Positions 27,425 through 34,082 of a stretch of DNA of 34,082 nt are shown here, piece by piece. Both the position numbers and the translations under genes were made by a program. Position 1 is the first letter of the stretch; every line of letters starts with the position of its first letter. Below the pieces are notes generated by a model. The model searched no databases and was not told where the DNA came from. It saw nothing but the letters and a program-made list of their open reading frames with translations. The stretch is from a plasmid. The DNA is taken from the sequence record NZ_CP045730.1. One strand, written 5' to 3'.

Positions 27425-28777
27425 TTATTTGAAACTATTTTTACTTAGGGCAAAATCTAGAGCTATTGCAATTATAATTAAGCATCCTGCAGTAATCCAA
27501 CCAAGTTTAATAGCTGTTACTAGTTCATGAGACCACATGTTTAAAAATACTGAACCTGTTGCTGTACCCATAGCAATAGCAACATTTTGAACCATTCGTT
27601 GGAGTGAACCAATACTACCCTGTGAAGTGATATCAGTAGTTTTCATAATTACAGATATGTTCGCCGGTTGGAAATAACCACCACCTACACCATAAATAAA
27701 CAAACAAATTGTAACTAAAATATATGGTAAAGATGTTTGATATAGGCTCAAGAGTAGTAATGAACAAAGAATAATAGATAATCCGACTTTAGAAAAGGAA
27801 TTATCTTTCAAACCATTATTATGTGCACTAGATATTCTAGAAAATAAAACTAGACCTATAGGTGCACCTAGTACCAGTATACCCGTCAATCCTGAATTTA
27901 ATTTAAAGACAGTTTCAAACAAATAAGGTGGCATAAGAAAGATTATGGCTGAAGCAAAGCCAAAGGCAATCGTTTCATATAGATATACCAGTAGCGATTT
28001 ATTCTGAATAAGATTTATTACATTGACAACAGGAGTTTCTTTATTTCTTTCTACTTTAAACAAGATAATTACAGCTATTAGACTAGCAATTATTAATGCT
28101 ATCCCAATAATACTATGTGAGCTTAGCAATGACAATCCACTAATAAGCAATATCACAAATAGTCCATTAGTAAGACTTCCAGGGTAATCAATGTGTTTAG
28201 CGTATTTATTCTCAGAGATCTCTGTAATTAATTTGTGATTACAAATGAGTCCCAGAAGGACGAACGGAATGTTTAACCAAAATATTCCTCTCCAACTATT
28301 TAATGATAGTAGCAATCCACCTAATGAAGGACCAAGTACAGGTCCGACACCAATCATAATTCCTAAAACTCCGATAGCAGAACTGGATTTTTCAGCAGAA
28401 ACTAAGGTAGTAATTAAAGAGGCTGATGTTGCTTGTAATGCAGCTGCACCAATACCTTGGAAAATTCGAAACATAATTAACATTTGAATATTAGCTGAAA
28501 GTCCGCAAAGTAATGAGCTAAGCCCAAAAATTATCAGTCCAATATATGAGAACGATAGTTTACCAAATTTATCACTAAGTAGTCCAAAAGGAAGAATAAA
28601 AACAGCAAGGCTAATAGTATAACCCGTAACTGCAATAGCAGCAATGTCTGCTGTAGTTTCAAAGTAAGATTTAAAAAATGGTAGTGCAACATTGATAATC
28701 CCTGTATCTAATGTTGATAATAACATTCCTATGCCAGCAACTATAACGACTAAATTATCTTTAGTTCTTATATTCAT
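27425..28777 (-). CDS. MFS transporter, 14-TMS drug:H+ antiporter-like (DHA2-like) exporter
   Basis: 450 aa and very hydrophobic with ~14 predicted helices. Its ATG overlaps the upstream gene's stop within ATGA. Confidence 0.75.
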   Translation of the reverse strand: MNIRTKDNLVVIVAGIGMLLSTLDTGIINVALPFFKSYFETTADIAAIAVTGYTISLAVFILPFGLLSDKFGKLSFSYIGLIIFGLSSLLCGLSANIQMLIMFRIFQGIGAAALQATSASLITTLVSAEKSSSAIGVLGIMIGVGPVLGPSLGGLLLSLNSWRGIFWLNIPFVLLGLICNHKLITEISENKYAKHIDYPGSLTNGLFVILLISGLSLLSSHSIIGIALIIASLIAVIILFKVERNKETPVVNVINLIQNKSLLVYLYETIAFGFASAIIFLMPPYLFETVFKLNSGLTGILVLGAPIGLVLFSRISSAHNNGLKDNSFSKVGLSIILCSLLLLSLYQTSLPYILVTICLFIYGVGGGYFQPANISVIMKTTDITSQGSIGSLQRMVQNVAIAMGTATGSVFLNMWSHELVTAIKLGWITAGCLIIIAIALDFALSKNSFK

Positions 28778-29616
28778 AGCGCATTCTCCAGAAAGAATGA
28801 AAGTCTACCATCTTTTAATTTTAACTTTGCTTTACTGGTTTGGCTCCAACTAACACTATTTACCTTGAATACATTATCGTTAATTTGGACGTAAGCATTA
28901 CCAGGAGCGCAAGCTTTTAGTTTTGCTAATGCTGATGATACAGTATCATTGTTGGTAATTGTTTTATCTGCCTGTGATGGGTTGCTATGATAATCTCTTT
29001 TCGTCATATCTTGCTTATGGGTTTTAAGTGGTCCCTGACAAATTAGATCTAAAACGTCATTAAATAGAGAAAAAGATGCTTTAAATAGCTTTTCTCTGAC
29101 CTCTAGTGAATTTTCATTTCCTGTTAACCTAACTTTCCTTTGGAGAACAATATCTCCACCATCTATTTCAGGTGTAACTTCTATACAGGAAACACCAGTA
29201 TTTTTTTCTCCATTTAGAGACATCCAAAAGAATGGTGCTAAGCCAGCATATCTTGGTAATGGACTAGGATGGAAATTTAATGTTTTAAGCTTAGGAAATT
29301 CGATTAGATTCTTTTTGAAAATCTTTTGATAATTAGCAATCAATATATAATCAGGGTTGAAATCGCTTAATTCATCTATAAATTTGGAAGAATTTATATT
29401 GTTGGGTCTAAATACTGGTATATCTTTTGATTCTGCATACTTTTCTAGGTCCACCGGATTATCTTCATTTATATAATAAGAGCATAGTTTTCCCTCGGGG
29501 GTTGTAACAAACGCTTTTATATTAAATCGGTCATCATGGTAAAGCATTTTAAAGATAGGCATGCCAAATTTAGAATTAACTTCCGAAAAGAAGATGATGT
29601 TAAATTTTTGTGTCAT
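28774..29616 (-). CDS. Formyltransferase-fold enzyme (Fmt/PurN/ArnA-like N-domain)
   Basis: LNFHPSPLPRYAG matches the N-x-H..SLLP..RG formyltransferase motif (Asn and His present). A catalytic Asp candidate lies in EIDGGDIV. Its start overlaps the E1 gene end by 17 bp. Confidence 0.6.
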   Translation of the reverse strand: MTQKFNIIFFSEVNSKFGMPIFKMLYHDDRFNIKAFVTTPEGKLCSYYINEDNPVDLEKYAESKDIPVFRPNNINSSKFIDELSDFNPDYILIANYQKIFKKNLIEFPKLKTLNFHPSPLPRYAGLAPFFWMSLNGEKNTGVSCIEVTPEIDGGDIVLQRKVRLTGNENSLEVREKLFKASFSLFNDVLDLICQGPLKTHKQDMTKRDYHSNPSQADKTITNNDTVSSALAKLKACAPGNAYVQINDNVFKVNSVSWSQTSKAKLKLKDGRLSFFLENAL

Positions 29617-30505
29617 CGGTCCACCATTTTCCTTTCTTAACTTCTGTAGTCCAATTTAATGTATCAAAATATACATATCCAGGTTGTGCTGGTACTTCAA
29701 TAGCACCAGGTAATTTATTAAGCCCTGTTATCTCTTGAGCTAAGCGTTCAGCTAACACACCTTCTGCGATAGGGGGACACGCTGCAAAAATGGGCATCCT
29801 ATGCATGTCTACAAACCAATGATCTAGAGTCTCTTTGCTTGGATACTTGGGCATGTGAGGAATAATTCTTTCCATTAAACGGTGAATTACCTTAGGGCTT
29901 AATTCAGAATCTTCTTTAATACCATACACATCCTCGATCTTCATTGAGTCTTTTGTATATTTGAAAATATATGTTCCGTGAGCAACCGTTGGAACTTTGA
30001 AAATAAGCTTTGCTTTTGATGACTTTCTAAATGCACGGTGTAGAGCATATCGATTTGCAATTTCGTAAAATTCCATTTGATCTAAAACATAATCACAATC
30101 TTGAACAAAATCTTCGGCTGTTTCCTTAGTAATACCTTCAGGGTAAACTGCTATATTTACATCATGATTCAAGCTGTAAGTCATTTCTGCAACAACTTCT
30201 GCCTTATTTTTTCCAATATGTTGCAGATCAGCACCCATTTGCCTATTCATATTTGAAATATCAAATGTATCTGGGTCTGCCAATTTTAGATTTCGAACGC
30301 CCATTCGAACTAACCGTTGTGCAAGTTGTCCTCCTATTCCACCAGTGCCTGCTATTCCAATTACAACATTTTTCAATTTTTCTTGCTTATTATGTTGTTC
30401 CTGTTTGGTGTCACCGAGCCAACCCAAACTACGATTTACCCTTTTCCAATACATCTCTTCGTCGGGGATTGCTGTGTATTTTAAGTGTTTTTTGTCGTGA
30501 ATCAT
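29600..30505 (-). CDS. ThiF/MoeB/HesA-family E1-like adenylyltransferase
   Basis: Rossmann motif VVIGIAGTGGIGGQLAQRLVRMGVRNLKLADPDTFDISNMNRQ. No CxxC zinc site and only a ~45-aa N-terminal extension. An AAGGAGG ribosome-binding site is present. Confidence 0.7.
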   Translation of the reverse strand: MIHDKKHLKYTAIPDEEMYWKRVNRSLGWLGDTKQEQHNKQEKLKNVVIGIAGTGGIGGQLAQRLVRMGVRNLKLADPDTFDISNMNRQMGADLQHIGKNKAEVVAEMTYSLNHDVNIAVYPEGITKETAEDFVQDCDYVLDQMEFYEIANRYALHRAFRKSSKAKLIFKVPTVAHGTYIFKYTKDSMKIEDVYGIKEDSELSPKVIHRLMERIIPHMPKYPSKETLDHWFVDMHRMPIFAACPPIAEGVLAERLAQEITGLNKLPGAIEVPAQPGYVYFDTLNWTTEVKKGKWWTDDTKI

Positions 30506-30601
30506 TCTATTAATCCTCCTTGTTAGATTGTGCTAATTATGCTAATATAAATCCAATTAACAATCAATCGATTCAAGAAATATCGAATCAAAGAGGACAA
30601 A

Positions 30602-31708
30602 ATGACTATTAGGATAAACTTTAGTAAATACTCTACTGTAACAGACGAGACACTAACTCAAAGATTTCAGTTTGTTTATTCACCACTGAATGAACTTCTT
30701 AGAAGTCTTCATGTCTTGATGAATCCTAGGCATCATGGGTTAGTTATAGATTGGGCCTTAAAGACAATGGAACAATTAGATAAAGAGGATATTGATAATT
30801 TGTACTACTTTAGTCCTGTATATGAATTAGGTGTTCCTCCCACTATACTTTGTAATTTTCAATACAATGCTAGTAATCTAAAGGATGAACTATCCATGCT
30901 TCGCGCTTTTCTTAGTAGGCAAAGTAATGTAAATGGACTAATTAATGAGTTATCCACCTTAAATCACGATAGAAGTAACACGTTCATTCCAAATTTAGCT
31001 AAAGGTCTTGAATGGCAGGATTTTTCTATTAACCGGAATTCATTACTTATAAAAGACCTTAGTGGTAACCCGCAAACTGTCATTAACCGTTTTTTTAAAT
31101 TTATCGTTAAGTATAATGACAATGTTTTTTCTGCGGTTTGGGAAAAAGATAATATTAAAAAACTGTTATTTCAGGAAATCAAGATACGGGCGAACTCAAT
31201 TAATATTCATGGTATTCGAAGTACTATAGACGAATTGCAAGTAGCCCGTATGCACTGGAAAAATGATACTTTAATTATTAATAAGCCTTTTGAGAGAGAA
31301 ATTGATCTTAAAGATACTGACACAATTATGCTCATACCAAGTTTTTTTACTTGGCCTCATCTATTCGTTGATACATTTAAAAATGGAGTGGTCATTACTT
31401 ACGGACTACAAAAAAGAGCAGATCTAATTTATACACCAAAAGAACTATTATTAACTTTTAAGGCTCTTAGTGAACCAACCAGACTTCAGATCTTGAAAAC
31501 CGTTTCGAAGTCACCTTGTACTACACAAGGACTGTCACAGCTTTTATCACTAGGTACCTCGACTGTATCCAGGCATTTACAAATATTAAAAGAAGCAAAT
31601 TTACTAAGAACCACAAAACAAAAAAAGTTCGTTCTTTATCAAATAACAAATAGAATATTTGAGTTAGTTCCTAATTTTTTAGATTTTATGAGAGATGATA
31701 ACAAATGA
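30602..31708 (+). CDS. Atypical ArsR-family regulator: ~270-aa N-terminal domain of unknown function (DUF5937-like) plus a C-terminal ArsR winged HTH
   Basis: C-terminal block LSEPTRLQILKTVSKSPCTTQGLSQLLSLGTSTVSRHLQILKEANLL. The N-terminal segment RFQFVYSPLNELLRSLHVL resembles DUF5937-ArsR proteins. The gene is divergent from the E1 operon. Confidence 0.55.
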   Translation: MTIRINFSKYSTVTDETLTQRFQFVYSPLNELLRSLHVLMNPRHHGLVIDWALKTMEQLDKEDIDNLYYFSPVYELGVPPTILCNFQYNASNLKDELSMLRAFLSRQSNVNGLINELSTLNHDRSNTFIPNLAKGLEWQDFSINRNSLLIKDLSGNPQTVINRFFKFIVKYNDNVFSAVWEKDNIKKLLFQEIKIRANSINIHGIRSTIDELQVARMHWKNDTLIINKPFEREIDLKDTDTIMLIPSFFTWPHLFVDTFKNGVVITYGLQKRADLIYTPKELLLTFKALSEPTRLQILKTVSKSPCTTQGLSQLLSLGTSTVSRHLQILKEANLLRTTKQKKFVLYQITNRIFELVPNFLDFMRDDNK

Positions 31709-32277
31709 GAGTTGTAAATAGTGCACTTACCTGTAATAAATGGTTGACTGTTAATGAACTGTCAAAAGTCTGCCATTTAAGCAGAGAAGAAGTAATAAGT
31801 CAACTTCAGTGTGATAAAACTATTATTTCATTACATTTTTACGGTAGATGGTATTACAAAAATAAAATGAGCTATAATGTAACGAAATTAGGTAATGCCA
31901 GTAATAACATGTTGGATAGTAGAAATACCATTAGTAATTTAGGAATTGCAAGAACTTGTTTACATCATCTTGGTGGAAAACTAGGGGTCACTATTTTTAG
32001 GTATGCTGAGCTTAAATATCTAATCTTCACTTCTGATAAAGTTAACTATTCTTTTACTGAAAAAGGGAAAAATATATTCAGCAAGTTTTGTAAAGTAAAT
32101 CAAGCTACCGTGCCCTGTTGCTTAGATTTCTCGGAGCGAAATTTCCACTTTGGAGGAAGAATAGGAAATGATCTTCTAAATTATTTATTGGAAGACGATT
32201 TGTGTAAGTTAACCAAAAGTCGAAAAGTAGAACTTTGTAAAGAGCCTGCTAGTATTGTTCAATCGGTTTTTACCTAA
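31705..32277 (+). CDS. Cys-rich (9 Cys) HTH-like protein, translationally coupled to the preceding regulator
   Basis: ATGA start/stop overlap with the upstream gene. N-terminal HTH-like segment LTVNELSKVCHLSREEV. An internal pair of C-L-x-H..GG+xG motifs (TCLHHLGGKLG and CCLDFSERNFHFGGRIG). Confidence 0.35.
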   Translation: MRVVNSALTCNKWLTVNELSKVCHLSREEVISQLQCDKTIISLHFYGRWYYKNKMSYNVTKLGNASNNMLDSRNTISNLGIARTCLHHLGGKLGVTIFRYAELKYLIFTSDKVNYSFTEKGKNIFSKFCKVNQATVPCCLDFSERNFHFGGRIGNDLLNYLLEDDLCKLTKSRKVELCKEPASIVQSVFT

Positions 32278-32317
32278 GTTAAGTTACGAAATAGGACTTT
32301 TAGTTTGATCGTTTAGG

Positions 32318-33675
32318 GAGTGTAAAATATTTTGTGTAAATTGATACCTTGAGGGTATTGAAAAAGGGAAAGCCTTCCCCGTATGATTGAAATCGCCAAA
32401 AACCAATCAGAATACGGAGGCTTTCCCCATGAACCAGTTTAACAAAGATATTATCGCAGCGCTATCTTCCAACAAAGATATTACCCTGAATGAAGTCTTA
32501 CGTCGTCAAATTAAAGTGGCCGCTAATCAGTTCCTTCAAAATGAACTGACTGCGGTGCTAGGCTACGAACCACATACTCGGATCGACCGATCAAAAGACG
32601 ACGTGAACTACCGGAACGGGACGTACACCCGCACGATCGACACTGAGTACGGTGAAATTAATCTGACGATCCCACGGGACCGGTTAAACAAGTTTCAAAA
32701 CGCCCTCTTCCCTCCTTACGTGCGTCGGACTGATGGACTGGAGGAAATGGTCATCAAGATGTACTCCAAGAGCGTCACAACTCGTGAAATCGCTGATATG
32801 GTTGAGAGAATGTACGGCCACTACTACTCACCAACCACGGTTTCAAACATCACTAAGCGGACGGAACACCTGGTTGAAGAGTTCCACGAGCGCAGATTCA
32901 AGTACTCACAGTACGTCTGTGTGTTCCTCGATGCTACTTACATTCCGTTACGCCGTGGTACCGTTGAACGAGAAGCCGTTAACGTAGCGATCGGAATTCG
33001 AAGTGACGGCGGTAAGGAAGCTCTTGACTACAGTATCGCACCGACCGAGAACGGAGCCGCTTGGTCTGAACTACTCCAGGGATTACGCGCACGGGGATTA
33101 AAGATATTCAGTTGTTCATCGTCGACGGTTTAGTTGTACTTCAATCTGCGATTGAGGCTAACTACCCGCAGGCGAAGTTTCAAAGGTGCTGGGTCCACGC
33201 AGAGCGCAACCTTTTAGGGTACGTTCGCAAAAACGATCGCAGGGAGATTATCACCGACTTTAAGGCTATTCGACAAGCAGAGAACCTACAAGCCGCCAAA
33301 GAACGATTGGCGGCTTTCAGTGCTAAGTGGGAGTCCAGTTATAAGCGTCGAATCAAGAATCTAGTCCAAATGGAGGAGCTATTCACGTTCTTCAGTTTTC
33401 CAACTGCGATCCGTCAGACCATCTACTCGACGAACCTAATTGAGTCGTTCAATAAGAGCCTGAAGAAGATGGTCCGACGTAAAGAGCAGTTCCCAAACGA
33501 AGGGGCCCTCGATCGCTTTATCATGACGCAAGTAATGGAGTACAACGATAAAGCGATCGAGCACATCGGGGATTCAAGGACTGTCACGACACGCTTGATT
33601 CGATGTTTTAGAATTGCCAATTCATGCGGGCGAAGTTTCCCTTTTTACACAACATTCTTGACACTCTCGAAAAAG
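32318..33675 (+). mobile_element. IS256-family insertion sequence; transposase broken by a 1-nt indel
   Basis: Terminal inverted repeats GAGTGTAAAATATTTTGTGTAAA (left) and TTTACACAACATTCTTGACACTC (right, inside the ORF read-through). Boundaries are approximate. Confidence 0.6.
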
Positions 33676-33705
33676 CGCCTCACAATGGTTAGAACTTTTG
33701 TCTAA
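32429..33705 (+). pseudogene. IS256-family (Mutator-like) transposase, frameshifted at ~33098
   Basis: The two ORFs 32387..33133 and 33112..33705 join as ..ARGLK|DIQLFIVDGL if one A is restored in TTAAAG. Motifs: N-terminal LTAVLGYEPH.., central DGLK, C-terminal CWVH. Confidence 0.7.
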
Positions 33706-33786
33706 CTATTATGAGACACTAGTAGTAGAAGCAACGTACATAATATAGTACAATATAATGTATAAAAAGAGAAAGGAGTCCTTATT

Positions 33787-34082
33787 ATGCCAATTGCTAC
33801 TACTCAAAGTGATTTCCGTAATCATATTAAAGACTACTTAGATAAAGTTAATGATGAAAATCAAACAGTACTAATTGCACGTTCTAATCAACGAGCAGCA
33901 GCTGTTATCTCACAAGAACAACTCAATACCCTTCTTGAAGCTGTTAATGCTAAAGAAGATTCACTAGATTATGCTATTGCCAGAGATAAGCTAATCGAAA
34001 TGCATATCTTACCTGATGATCCTATCGTTGAACCAACTGACGATTATTGGAACAGTTTTAAGCCAAAGGATAACAGTAACCA
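33787..34082 (+). CDS. Phd/YefM-family type II antitoxin; 3' end runs off the window
   Basis: Begins MPIATTQSDFRNHIKDYLDKVNDENQTVLIARSNQRAAAVISQEQ (Phd/YefM N-domain). A GAAAGGAG ribosome-binding site is present. No stop codon occurs before the window ends. Confidence 0.65.
   Translation, partial: MPIATTQSDFRNHIKDYLDKVNDENQTVLIARSNQRAAAVISQEQLNTLLEAVNAKEDSLDYAIARDKLIEMHILPDDPIVEPTDDYWNSFKPKDNSN

Noticed and set aside
28245-28487. ORF 28245..28487(+)
   Set aside because: It lies antisense inside the MFS transporter gene.
30253-30513. ORF 30253..30513(+)
   Set aside because: It lies antisense to the 5' end of the E1-like gene.
32733-33620. ORFs 32733..32987(+) and 33423..33620(-)
   Set aside because: They are alternative-frame or antisense ORFs within the IS256 transposase.

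Overview
The window looks like a mosaic segment of a lactobacillus-type (Lactobacillaceae) theta-replicating, mobilisable plasmid. From 5' to 3' it carries: (1) Two YafQ/RelE-type toxin genes in convergent orientation, one decayed and one an intact dinJ-yafQ pair. (2) A parA plus RHH-adaptor partition cassette. (3) A RepA_N-type replication initiator with 54-bp iteron-like repeats inside its coding sequence. (4) A patchwork of toxin-antitoxin-like genes bounded by an 85-bp direct repeat: a frameshifted small gene, a Doc/Fic-like protein with the motif His replaced, a DinJ-like protein, and a small protein coupled to a zeta-like P-loop kinase. (5) An RSF1010-type MOBQ mobilisation region with divergent small accessory genes, an oriT and a MobA/MobL relaxase. 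(6) A junkyard in which a plasmid topB gene is broken by an IS3-family element, a decayed IS5-family element and a copY/copB copper module whose copB is frameshifted. (7) An ArdC-like gene inactivated by a perfect 77-bp tandem duplication. (8) Two paralogous Fst-like type I toxin/sRNA loci that bracket a pyridine nucleotide-disulfide oxidoreductase gene and a 977-aa LPXTG adhesin with four 282-bp repeats. (9) An ArsR regulator with a perfect 32-bp palindromic operator next to an NTF2-like gene. (10) A serine resolvase, a HigB/HigA-like pair and tag. (11) An AT-rich, tightly coupled operon encoding a ThiF/E1-like adenylyltransferase, a formyltransferase-fold enzyme and a 14-TMS MFS exporter, transcribed divergently from a translationally coupled pair: a 368-aa atypical ArsR-family protein and a Cys-rich HTH protein. 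(12) A frameshifted IS256-family element and the start of a Phd/YefM antitoxin at the window edge. The best candidate for an undescribed system is item 11, which looks like a small-molecule or peptide modification and export cluster of unknown product. No rRNA, tRNA or CRISPR array was recognised.
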